This document shows, piece after piece, positions 40,814 through 50,414 of a stretch of DNA of 64,000 nt. Position numbers and translations under genes: made by a program. Each line of letters begins with the position of its first letter. Positions within the stretch are counted from its first letter, which is position 1. The DNA is taken from positions 320,001 to 384,000 of the forward strand of contig OY970325.1 of the NCBI GenBank assembly GCA_963717145.1, read 5' to 3'. The notes beneath the pieces were generated by a model, which did no database searches, was not told the origin of the DNA, and was given only the letters and a program-made list of their open reading frames with translations. The stretch is from an uncultured Armatimonadetes bacterium. GTDB lineage: Bacteria > Armatimonadota > UBA5829 > DTJY01.

Positions 40814-41298
40814 TGACAAAGGTCGGCATCACAGGGCATCAGCGATTGGATGATCCCGGATCATGGGGCTGGGTCGAGTCAACAATTGCCGCTGAACTCG
40901 CTCTGCTCAGCCCTCCTCTTACCGCACTCAGTTCTCTTGCGGTTGGCGCTGACCAGATGTTTGCGCTCATGCTCTTGCGTCTCGGTGGAGGAGTTCGCGC
41001 AGTAATCCCGTTCGTCGACTACGAGCGCACCTTCGGAAGCGAGACCATCGACACATATCGAGACCTTTTGTCCAGATCAGAGTCCGTAGACGTACTCCCG
41101 AAACAGGATACCGACGAGGAGTCATACTTGGCCGCAGGCAAGCGCGTTGTAGACCAAGCTGACGTAATCGTGGCGGTTTGGAATGGATTCCCTGCCAAAG
41201 GAAAGGGCGGTACCGCCGATATTGTCGCGTATGCCATCGGCAAGGGGATCCCCGTCATTCATATTAACCCTGTCGAGCGGACGGTGACCCGGAAATGA
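40813..41298 (+). CDS. SLOG-superfamily (YspA-like) nucleotide-binding protein
   Basis: VGITGH, LAVGADQ, AVWNG..GGTADIVAYA; start overlaps the caspase stop. Confidence 0.8.
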   Translation: MTKVGITGHQRLDDPGSWGWVESTIAAELALLSPPLTALSSLAVGADQMFALMLLRLGGGVRAVIPFVDYERTFGSETIDTYRDLLSRSESVDVLPKQDTDEESYLAAGKRVVDQADVIVAVWNGFPAKGKGGTADIVAYAIGKGIPVIHINPVERTVTRK

Positions 41299-41414
41299 AT
41301 GCGTGGGCGTAGGCAATGGCGTGAGGTCCCCCGTGCTCACTTGAAATCGTCCCGTCGGCACGGGTCTAAATGAGGTCTGCGTATCCGCTGGTTCGTTGGA
41401 GGAAGGAGTACTAG

Positions 41415-42780
41415 GTGTGCAAAGCAGTCTGGAGTGACGACAGGGTTCGCTATTTCATAGAGAGGGCTGAGCTGTATGCTGAACGGGGTCAGCATTCGAA
41501 AGTCTCCGCATGTCTGGAGACTGCTCTATCCATCGGGGCGGATCTTCCGGAAGGCGAGCAGGCAAAGCTTCATGTTCGGTTAGCTGAGGCTTTCCGGAAT
41601 CTCCAGCAGAATCGGGCTGCTATCCGCCACTACGAGCGCGCTCTGGAATGGAGTGGCCTTGATTGTCCTGGCGACATCATACACGCGATCGGCGCCTTGT
41701 ATCATCGCCAGCGTGAGCATGAGGTGGCGCTGAAGTACTACGCGGATGCACTATTGCGGAATCCGTCCCTCCCTGGTGATGTGTACTACGACATGGCCGC
41801 GACGTACCGGCGCATGGAAGAATACGAGCGTGCTCTGGGGTGCTATGATCTCAGCCTGGCTTGTATGTCTGGCAAGGAACGCTCCGTGATGGACTGGGAG
41901 ATCGAGCGGAGCCGTGGCGTTGTACACTGGCATAATGGGGATCTGGGGATTGCGGAGAGTTGCTTCCGCAGTGTACTGAAGTCTGGGCTGTGTGATATCC
42001 CAGGCAACGTGTACAATGATCTCGGCATAATCCACCATGCCCGCGGTAGACTGAAGGAAGCCGAGGATTGTCTAGACAAGGCGGCGGCCGATACCCAACC
42101 TGATACGAGCGCGTCAGGGTTATTTCACCTTGGCGAGCTGTATGAAGCGCAGGGTAGATATGGTGAGGCGGCGGTGAGTTACCGACAAGCGGAGAAGAAC
42201 TACCTGTTGGCGAATACCCTCGGGATCACTAGTCCCAAGTCCACCGAGTCCAATCTCAGCAAGGCTCGTGGGAGGATAGCGGTTCTGCAGCACAGGCAGA
42301 TACTCGACTGCTACAAGGTGGGTAAGGAGTGTCCTCACAATGTTGCGGACCTCCAGATGAATATGGTGTTCGTGGCGATGCCATTTGGGCAGGACCGGGA
42401 GAAGGATGGTCTGGGACCACATATACCAAGCCGGGATCAAGCCAGCGATCGAGGAGGTGGCCAGGCTAACGTGCACTAGAGCGGATGAGATCCATTATCC
42501 TCCCGACGATATGTGCAAGGTGTGCCTTGGTATACAGAAGGCTGGAATGGTTGTAGCGGACCTTACGGATGGGAACCCGAACGTCTTCTATGAGGTGGGT
42601 CTCGCCCATGCCTTGCAGAAGACCGTGGTTCTGGTGGCCCGGTCAGGCCAGAAGCAGCCTTTCGACCTGAAGAGCATGGACTGCATCCACTATGGGAAGC
42701 CTGAGGAGTTGAGGCAGGTCCTTGGGGAACGTCTCAGGGGTATACTGGAAGCCAAGCATTCGCAGTTCCCGCAGGAGTAG
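41415..42780 (+). CDS. TPR-repeat protein with C-terminal nucleoside 2-deoxyribosyltransferase/TIR-like domain; +1 frameshift near 42404
   Basis: About 6 TPR-like helical pairs, then VFVAMPF; continues in another frame as IKPAIE..RADEI..ADLTDGNPNVFYEVGLAHA..PFDL. Confidence 0.75.
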
Positions 42781-43050
42781 TGGGCCAACTGACGCCCCTC
42801 CAGTTGCTTCCGGCGGGCAAACCTCTGCGTTCCATCCGCGCCAGACCCTTTACTTCTTCCATTTTAATAAGGAAGAAAGCCTTCAAATTCTCCCTCCAGT
42901 ATTCCTACCAGTACGCCATAATGGGCAACATATCAAGTCGTTGCTAGCCTGCTTTCACGGCGGGCGAACCTTCCGCTGACGGAGTTCAGGACTTCGCGTG
43001 ATACGAACCTGATCGTTCTGTGATGCGAGCATTGAACCTCATCAAACCAC

Positions 43051-43079
43051 TTGCCACGGACGAGCCTTTCCGGTAGAAT
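43051..43079 (+). promoter_or_regulatory. Sigma70 promoter for purSL-purQ
   Basis: TTGCCA-17 nt-TAGAAT, followed by GGAGG and ATG. Confidence 0.7.
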
Positions 43080-43097
43080 ATGGCCGGAGGGTGACCA

Positions 43098-45892
43098 ATG
43101 GCGCTGGCAAACCTTTACGTTCAGTTCAAGCAAGACCCCGAGGCCGAGAGCCTCTCGAAACAGCTACGGGAACTCGGCTATCACGTCGATGATGTGCGGA
43201 TCGAGCGGGTCATCCGCCTCGAAGGGGATATGGATGTCGGGGAGCTGACACCGCTCCTCGTCAACCCGATCTACCAGACCTCGTCCCGCGAGTCGGCGCT
43301 CGACCCCGCGGACGGCCCGATCGTCGAGATCGGATACCAGCGCGCGGTGACCGACCCCGAGACTCCCTCGATCTTCGACGGCGCGAACGCCCTGAGGGTC
43401 GAGGGCCTCGAATGGGCGCGACTCAGTCAGCGGTACCAGTTCATCGGCGCGTCACCCGATGAGGCGAAGCGCATTACGAAAGAAAACCTTTTCAATCCCA
43501 TCGTCCAGGCCCTCATCGAGAGCGAGCATCCCTGGGATTCCCTTCGTCCGCACGGAATGCCCGACCCGGTGAAGCAGATCTCGCTCGCGGGACTGTCCGA
43601 CGAACAACTGATGAAGCTGAGCGCCGACGGCTCATGGTACGCGCCTTTGAGTCAGATGAAGGCATTGCAGCAGTACGAGCGCAGATCGGCCGCCCGCTCA
43701 CCGATGCGGAGATCGAGATCACGGTCCAGTCCTGGTCGGACCACTGCTATCACACGACCTGGCGGAGTCTGAAGCTCCTGGAAAAGCTCCAGGCGGCGAC
43801 GGCGAAGATCAACCATCCCTCGGTCGTCTCCGTGTTCAAAGACAACGCCGGCGGGATGAAGTTCTACGACGGCGAGGTCATCCTCATCAAGGGCGAGACC
43901 CACAATTTTCCCTCCTCGATCGCCACATTCGGCGGAGTCGCGACCAAGCACGGCGGCGTGATCCGCGACGCGATCGGCTTCGGGTAGGGCGGATATCCCA
44001 TCGGCGGCTCGACGATCATGGGCACGATGGACCCGCGCATGAAGTCCGAGGATGTCCCCGGCGGGGCGCTCCATCCGCGCGTGATCCTGCTCGAATCGAT
44101 CCGCGCGACGGCGTACTACTGCAACCCGATGGGCATCCCGATGATGTACCCGATCTACCGCATGCATCCCGGCTACCCGAAGTGCCTGGCGCTCGGGCAC
44201 ACGCTCGGCATCATCCCCGAGAAGTACGCGCTCAAGGACGACCCGCGTCCCGGCGATTCCCTCGTGCTCTTCGGCGGCCGCACGGGCCGCGACGGAATCC
44301 ACGGCGCGACCGCCTCTTCCGCCGAGATGACCGGCGAGACGATCCACAAGGAGGCCGCCGCCGTGCAGATCGGCCACCCGATCACCGAGCGGAAGTTCAT
44401 GACCGCCGTGCCTGAGCTGCGCGACGCGGATTGTTTGCGCTCGTTCACCGATCTCGGCGCGGGCGGACTCTCATGCGCGGCGGGTGAGATGGGTGCGGAG
44501 ACCGGAGTCCGCGTCGATCTGGCGACGGTCCCGCTGAAGGACGAAAGCCTCGCGCCGTGGGAGATCCTGCTCTCGGAGTCGCAGGAGCGGATGGCGGTGG
44601 CGATTCCTCCCGAGAAACTCGAGGAGGCGCTCGAAATCCTGCGGCGATACGACATCGAGTACGCGGTGATCGGCGAGTTCACGGACACGCACAAGCTCAC
44701 GGCATTCCACGGCGACCAACTCGTCGCCGATCTCGATATGCAGTTCCTCTGGAAGGCCTGCCCGATCGACCCCATTGAAGTGAAGCAGCCGATGAGACGG
44801 ATGGGACGGATGGGACGGATGGGACCGAAGAGCCCGTCGGAGTGGCAGGATGCCGTCGAGAAGGTGCTCGCTCACCTCCACTGCTGCGATCAGTCGCGCG
44901 CGGGGACGCAGTTCGATTCGACGGTCCAGGGGCGCACGGTCATCGGCCCGTACGGCGGGAAGAACGGCCGCATGCCGACCAACGTGTTCGTCTCCGCGCC
45001 GATACGCGGGAAGCCCTACGGCGTCGCCACGACCCTGGCGTTCAACCCGTTCTACGCGGAGATCGATCCCGCGGGAATGGCCCGGCTCTCGATGGTCGAG
45101 GCGATCGCAAAGGCGGTGGCGGTGGGCGTGAGCCTCGACGACATCGCGCTGTGCGACAATTTCTACACGCCGAAGATTCGCCCCGAGAGCGCCTGGGAGC
45201 TGAAGGAGATGGTCGAGACGATCGCCGACCTCTCGATGATCTTCGGGACACCGTTCATCTCGGGCAAGGATTCCAGCTCCGGCACGTTCAAGTCGGACAC
45301 CGGGGAACTGATCGACGTGCCGAACACGCTCTGCGTTTCGACGCTCGGCCGGATGCCGGATGTGCGCAAGGCCGTCACCAAGGAGTTCAAGCAGGCGGGG
45401 AACAAGCTGATCGTTCTCGGCAGGCTCGATCCTGAGCGGCTCGGCGGCTCGGTCTACCTCGATGCATACGGCGAGCGCGGCGACAAGCTTTCCGATTGGG
45501 GACAGGAGTGGACGAAGGACCTCGTCGTTCTCTACAATAAGCTGCATCAGATCTACTGGAACGACAATCCGATCCGGTCGGCCTCCGCGATCGCCGAGGG
45601 TGGGGTGCTCCTCCGCCTGTTCGAAGCGTCGATGGGAGGTGGATTGGGCGTCGAGGTCGAGAGTAAGGCGGCTGGCATGCTCTTCACCGAGGCGGTCGGC
45701 GCGCTCCTGCTCGAAGTAGATGCCTCCGCCGATCCGCTCCAACTCCTGAGCGGCCTGCCGTGGATCGAAATCGGCCGGGTGACCGAATCGTCCGAGTTGG
45801 CGATCACCGATGGGGGCCGGGAGGTCTTCCGTGAGCCGATCGCCGATCTCGTCAAGGTCTGGGAGAAGCCCTTCGCGGAGGTAGTCGGATGA
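43098..45892 (+). pseudogene. purL: PurS-like/PurL fusion (FGAM synthase) with one frameshift (about 43683) and an in-frame TAG (43985-43987)
   Basis: QSWSDHCYH, KGETHNFPS, GRDGIHGAT, DLGAGG, SESQERM, FISGKDS. Confidence 0.85.
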
Positions 45893-46641
45893 ACCCGCAA
45901 CCCATAACCCATAACCCAAAACCCGTCGTCGCCGTCCTCTATGGTCCGGGCATCAACTGCCACGAGGAAGCGGCGTTCGCCGTCGAAGCCGCCGGTCTCG
46001 ATGCGAAGATCGTCAACCTTGAGACCGTCCTGGCGGGCGAGGACAAGCTCACCGACTACCAGGCGATGATCGTCCCCGGCGGATTCTCATGGGGCGACCA
46101 CCTCGGCGCGGGCCGCGTCTTCGGCGTGCATCTCACCGCGCGGCTGACCGATCAGCTCAACGAACTCGTCGAGACCGGCAAGCCGATCCTCGGCATCTGC
46201 AACGGATTTCAGATCATCGTCGAGGCCGGACTGCTCCCCGACCGGACCGTCGGCCATCGGACCGCCGCTCTCCTCCAGAACCGGTCCGCGCGCTTCGAGA
46301 GCCGCTGGGTCGAACTCGTCGTCACCGACGCCGACAGCATTTGGACGAAGGGACTCGAGGGGCGAATCCTCCGCATGCCGGTTGCGCATGGTGAGGGCCG
46401 ATTGTTCCGGGATGACGACAAGTCGTTCCGCGCGGCGCTCTGTTACGCCAAGGAAGGCAAGCCGACGGAGGAGTACCCGGCGAACCCCGGCGGCACTCCC
46501 GGCGGCATCACCGGCATCTGCGACTCCACCGGCCTGATCTTCGGCATGATGCCGCACCCCGAGCGCGCCTGCCTGGACTGGCACGGCTCCTCCGACGGCA
46601 TGGAACTCTTCAATAACCTGACGAGGTATCTCCGTGGCTAG
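45889..46641 (+). CDS. purQ: FGAM synthase glutaminase subunit
   Basis: PGGFSWGD, GICNGFQ, AHGEG, MMPHPER. Confidence 0.96.
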   Translation: MNPQPITHNPKPVVAVLYGPGINCHEEAAFAVEAAGLDAKIVNLETVLAGEDKLTDYQAMIVPGGFSWGDHLGAGRVFGVHLTARLTDQLNELVETGKPILGICNGFQIIVEAGLLPDRTVGHRTAALLQNRSARFESRWVELVVTDADSIWTKGLEGRILRMPVAHGEGRLFRDDDKSFRAALCYAKEGKPTEEYPANPGGTPGGITGICDSTGLIFGMMPHPERACLDWHGSSDGMELFNNLTRYLRG

Positions 46642-46957
46642 CATCGAGGAACGACAGATCATTGATCGAATGGTCGGGCGCATAGCGGAGATGTTCCACC
46701 CGGAGAAGATCATCCTCTTCGGCTCCATGGCGCGTGGTGATCAGACCGGCGACAGTGACGTGGATCTGCTGGTCATCGTCAGAGAGGTGAGCGACCGCCG
46801 CTCGTTGAGTGTGGCCATGCGTCGCGCGGTCAACGGCATGGGGTTGCCCAAAGACATCGTTGTGCTCACCACGGAGGAGTTCGAGCGCAAGCGGAACATA
46901 CCGGGGACTATCGCCTATCCTGCCGAGCATGAAGGGATGGTGCTCTATGCCGCCTAG
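46634..46957 (+). CDS. Minimal nucleotidyltransferase (MNT) antitoxin
   Basis: LFGSMARGD..SDVDLLV. Confidence 0.9.
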   Translation: MASIEERQIIDRMVGRIAEMFHPEKIILFGSMARGDQTGDSDVDLLVIVREVSDRRSLSVAMRRAVNGMGLPKDIVVLTTEEFERKRNIPGTIAYPAEHEGMVLYAA

Positions 46958-47363
46958 GGAAGTCATGGAAGAGGTCGCCGCCTGGATAGCCAAAGCGGAG
47001 AGTGATCTCAAGAACATAAAACTGGTATTGCCAGCAGAGGATGCGCCGTTTGACACTGTCTACTTCCATGCGCAACAGGCTGCAGAGAAGTACCTGAAGG
47101 CCTTGTTGGTCTTCTATGGGATACCGATCAGGAAGACACACGACTTATATGAACTGCTCATAATGTTGCCAAGTAGTTCCTCGGTCCCTGCGGAGGTCGG
47201 CGATCTGAGTGACCTAACGGATGCTGCGGTTGCTGCCAGATACCCGGAAATGGGCATCACATATGATCGGAAGACCGCCACCGACAAGCTAGAGGAAGCC
47301 GAGCTGGTCAAGGCATCTGTCCTCGATGAGTTGGCATCCCAAGGGTACGTCCATCCGACGTAA
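46947..47363 (+). CDS. HEPN-domain protein
   Basis: KAESDL, FHAQQAAEKYLKA, THDL, ARYP. Confidence 0.88.
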   Translation: MPPREVMEEVAAWIAKAESDLKNIKLVLPAEDAPFDTVYFHAQQAAEKYLKALLVFYGIPIRKTHDLYELLIMLPSSSSVPAEVGDLSDLTDAAVAARYPEMGITYDRKTATDKLEEAELVKASVLDELASQGYVHPT

Positions 47364-47371
47364 CCAGGCGC

Positions 47372-47584
47372 TCAGGTGATCTTCATGCACGCATACCACG
47401 GCTTGATCTGCATGTGGAAGTAGCTTCCGATCGCCGATGCCTTCATCAGGCTCTTGTACCTCGTCTCCGGGACGCCCGCGTACTGGTAAACGCCGCCACT
47501 CCCGAACTCGATCTCCAGGACCTGCGTCTTCGCATCGTATCCCACCGAGACGATGTTGGTCGAACGAACCGTTCTCCGCTCCAA
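47372..47584 (-). CDS. KTSC-domain protein
   Basis: VRSTNIVSVGYD..LEIEF..YQYAGVP..GSYFH. Confidence 0.88.
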   Translation of the reverse strand: MERRTVRSTNIVSVGYDAKTQVLEIEFGSGGVYQYAGVPETRYKSLMKASAIGSYFHMQIKPWYACMKIT

Positions 47585-47721
47585 GTCTTCCTCCCCGCCG
47601 AATGATCCGCGACAATCATAGCCGAAGAGCGGAGTGTCTGCAAGCAGTCGGCAGGAATCTCACCTTCGTTGGTCGAATATCTATTCATCCGCGTCCCCCA
47701 AGCAGATCCAGGAGAGATGTC

Positions 47722-49521
47722 ATGTCCACTCAACTCGGCAAGATGATCTGTTACATCGCACTTCTCCTCGCCCTGGCATGTTCACTCGCCGCCCAGGACC
47801 ACCAGCGCGTCTTCAAGCCCTACAAGCCTTTCGACGACCCGAGGCCGAAGCTCGCCGCCCAGATCACCGAGGACGCGCGCCTCGACGCCAAGGTGACCGT
47901 CCACGTCAAGAGCATGAATATGAAGGCGCTGTTCGACGGACTCAGCCGTGCCACCGGGGTCAAGCTGCGAGTCGGCCAGGAGATCCAGTCCGAGCGCCCG
48001 ATCGTCTACATGCGCGACCGCCCTCTCCGCGACGTCATGGTCGAGGTGGCGAACCTCTACGGCTACTACTGGCTCGTCAAGGGCACTCCCGGCGACCGGA
48101 CTTATGAGCTGTTCCAGGACCTCCGCCATGCCCAGAAGCGGGCGCAGCTTGCCCGCGAGAAGCTGGACATGCTCAACAACTGCCTCATGGAAGCCGTCAA
48201 GAAGGGCAAGGAACTGCTCGGCGATCCCGAGGCGATGCGTAAGGCAGAGCAGGACAACCCCGCGATGGCGAAGTCGCTCGCCGATCCCGCGAACAGGGAT
48301 TCTCTCAACATCCTCTCCCTCATGGACGAGGCTCTCCTCGGAAAGGTCCTGACGGGCAGCAAGCTGACTGTGCCCACGACCGATCTGTCCCCGGAGGTTC
48401 AGCAGGCCATGCTCGACTCCCTGAATTCCGGCATGAAGCGCTGGGAGGACGATCGCCGAGCGAATGGAGAGCAGTCGCAGGACTACCAGGTCTATGATAT
48501 GGATGATCTCCGGCGGACCGACATGACCATCGCCAGGAAGTTGCACAGCGTCTTCGGAATGCCGATGTTCGTCATGACCATTTTTCGAAACGGCGAGAAT
48601 AGGATTCGCAGTTCCCCGCTGCTGGCGATGTGGCCGAAGCCATTCGACATGGGCCTCTCCGAGTTGGACCTGCTCGCAGCGATGGTCGATCCCGGTTCAG
48701 CCGCGGAGAAGGTGATCGGCGATCCGCTCCCCGCCAAGCCGGGGATCACGATCGAGAAGGGCAGCAGGATCGAGAACGGGTACGCCGTTCGGCTTGGCGA
48801 TGCGCTCGAGGCGATCGCCGATCAGGCGAAGCTCGACATCATCGCCGACTACTACTTCCATCCCGTGTTCATGGGCACGGTCAACGACAGGCCGGTCAAC
48901 GAGTACGTCAAGGACGTCTGCGGCGCATTCGGTTACACGTGTCAGGTCGAGAAAACCACGCTCCGGTTCAGGAGCAATTCATGGTTCGACGTGGATCTGA
49001 TGCAGGAGCCGCCCGCCGAACTCGTCGACCGCGCGTGGTCTAGCATAGAGACGCTTGGGCGGCCCAAGATAAAGGACCTGCTGGAGCTTGCGAAACTCCC
49101 CGAGGCGCAGTTGGCGTGGGGCGGACTGAGGTTCGTGCCGGGTGTCAGCAGGGCACGGCTCTCCCCGACGAGCCTGCGGATATGGGCGATGCTCACTCCC
49201 GCGCAGGAGGCGGCGGCGAAGAGCGAGGCGGGACTCAACGCGACCGACCTTTCCGCCGAGCAGCAGGACAAGTACTACACGTGGGCGAAGATCATCAAGC
49301 CGCTGATCTCGATCTCCGACCTCGCCAAGTCGCGGCTGACCATCCGCACGTTCGACGAGGGGCATCTCAGGTACCAAGTCCGCATGCTCACTCCCGACGG
49401 AACCAATCCGAACGTCGAGATCATCATGCCGGACGCGCTCTCCGAGAAGGATCGCAAGGAACTCGCCGCCCAGCGCAGAGCCGATGCCGCCGCCGACAAG
49501 ATCGAGCGCGCCGCTCTGTAG
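47722..49521 (+). CDS. Secreted hypothetical protein with two STN-like segments
   Basis: Signal peptide; RLDAKVTV..LSRATGVKL and LGDALEAIADQAKLDIIADY. Confidence 0.65.
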   Translation: MSTQLGKMICYIALLLALACSLAAQDHQRVFKPYKPFDDPRPKLAAQITEDARLDAKVTVHVKSMNMKALFDGLSRATGVKLRVGQEIQSERPIVYMRDRPLRDVMVEVANLYGYYWLVKGTPGDRTYELFQDLRHAQKRAQLAREKLDMLNNCLMEAVKKGKELLGDPEAMRKAEQDNPAMAKSLADPANRDSLNILSLMDEALLGKVLTGSKLTVPTTDLSPEVQQAMLDSLNSGMKRWEDDRRANGEQSQDYQVYDMDDLRRTDMTIARKLHSVFGMPMFVMTIFRNGENRIRSSPLLAMWPKPFDMGLSELDLLAAMVDPGSAAEKVIGDPLPAKPGITIEKGSRIENGYAVRLGDALEAIADQAKLDIIADYYFHPVFMGTVNDRPVNEYVKDVCGAFGYTCQVEKTTLRFRSNSWFDVDLMQEPPAELVDRAWSSIETLGRPKIKDLLELAKLPEAQLAWGGLRFVPGVSRARLSPTSLRIWAMLTPAQEAAAKSEAGLNATDLSAEQQDKYYTWAKIIKPLISISDLAKSRLTIRTFDEGHLRYQVRMLTPDGTNPNVEIIMPDALSEKDRKELAAQRRADAAADKIERAAL

Positions 49522-49544
49522 AGGCTGTATGGAGTTGGCAGAAG

Positions 49545-49646
49545 TCAGGAAGCCAACTGGTAGATCGCCGGGCGGTAGCGGGGGCTGGGGATGGGCCTTC
49601 CTTCCGCTTTGGCGGCTTCGAGCCAGGCTTCCTTCGCTATCTCGAC
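49545..49646 (-). pseudogene. 3' remnant of a HicB-like antitoxin
   Basis: VEIAKEAWLEAAKAEGRPIPSPRYRPAIYQLAS-stop with no 5' half. Confidence 0.6.
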
Positions 49647-49669
49647 CAGGCAGACCGGAATGAGGTATA

Positions 49670-49981
49670 ATGAGAGCGGATCACGAATTGAGACATGAAC
49701 TTGGTCAAGACTTCGAATGGTATAGGGAGAAGGCCGATAGCAATCTGCGGAAGCATGGTGTCGGCTTTGAGGAGGCCATAACGGTTTTTTCGGACAAGCT
49801 GTCTCTTGTATCTCCTGACCCAGCCCATTCCCAACTTGAGGAAAGACTTGCTCTCATTGGAGTCTCAGCGGCGGGCCGATTGCTGGTGGTTGCCTATACC
49901 GAACGAGCCGCTAAGATTCGCATTATAAGCTGTTGGCGAGCAACTCGACATGAGAGAGAAGCATATGAAGAAGAAAGCTGA
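49670..49981 (+). CDS. BrnT-family toxin
   Basis: FEW..KADSNLRKHGVGFEEA..RIISCWRATRHER. Start uncertain. Confidence 0.88.
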   Translation: MRADHELRHELGQDFEWYREKADSNLRKHGVGFEEAITVFSDKLSLVSPDPAHSQLEERLALIGVSAAGRLLVVAYTERAAKIRIISCWRATRHEREAYEEES

Positions 49982-50270
49982 AGAGCAAGACGACATGCTG
50001 CCCGAGTATGATTTCCGTGCGGGAGTTCGCGGAGAATACGCTGACGCCTTTCGGAAAGGCTATACTGTGACCGTACACGAGGCGGACGGAAGTACCACTG
50101 TTCAGCACTTCAAGCCCGATGAAGAGGCAATAGTGTTGGAGCCGGATGTCCGCGAGTACTTCCCCGACTCGGAGTCTGTCAACAAAGCCCTCCGCTCTCT
50201 CATAGAGATCGCCCCCAGGCGAAGACGCAGAGCGCCTTCTGGTCCTGCCAGGGCCCGGAAAGCGGTCTAG
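49965..50270 (+). CDS. BrnA-like antitoxin
   Basis: MLPEYDF..GVRGEYA..LEPDVREYFPDSESVNKALRSL. Confidence 0.8.
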   Translation: MKKKAEEQDDMLPEYDFRAGVRGEYADAFRKGYTVTVHEADGSTTVQHFKPDEEAIVLEPDVREYFPDSESVNKALRSLIEIAPRRRRRAPSGPARARKAV

Positions 50271-50282
50271 CGATCGCTCACG

Positions 50283-50381
50283 ATGATGCCGTACCCCGAG
50301 CGAGCCTCCCTCCCTTGGCACGGCTCCTCGGACGGCATGGAGCTTTGCAAGAACCTGGCGAGGTATCTCGGGGAATGCTGA
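50283..50381 (+). repeat. Degenerate duplicate of the purQ 3' end (46546-46641)
   Basis: Encodes MMPYPERASLPWHGSSDGMELCKNLARYL versus purQ MMPHPERACLDWHGSSDGMELFNNLTRYL. Confidence 0.9.
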
Positions 50382-50414
50382 GGCTGAGTTGAGACGATAA
50401 GGGGAACGAGTGCC

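Noticed and set aside
42850-42900. AT-rich motif CTTCCATTTTAATAAGGAAG as the island's attachment site
   Set aside because: It is a weak palindrome with no matching copy found at the left border and no recombinase in the window.
43985-43987. TAG in purL as stop-codon recoding or pyrrolysine
   Set aside because: Many intact genes here end in TAG (purD, purE, purQ, hicA), no pyl genes are seen, and a nearby frameshift points to error or decay.
46546-50381. purQ tail duplication as a diversity-generating retroelement TR/VR pair
   Set aside because: Differences are not confined to adenines, and there is no reverse transcriptase in the window.
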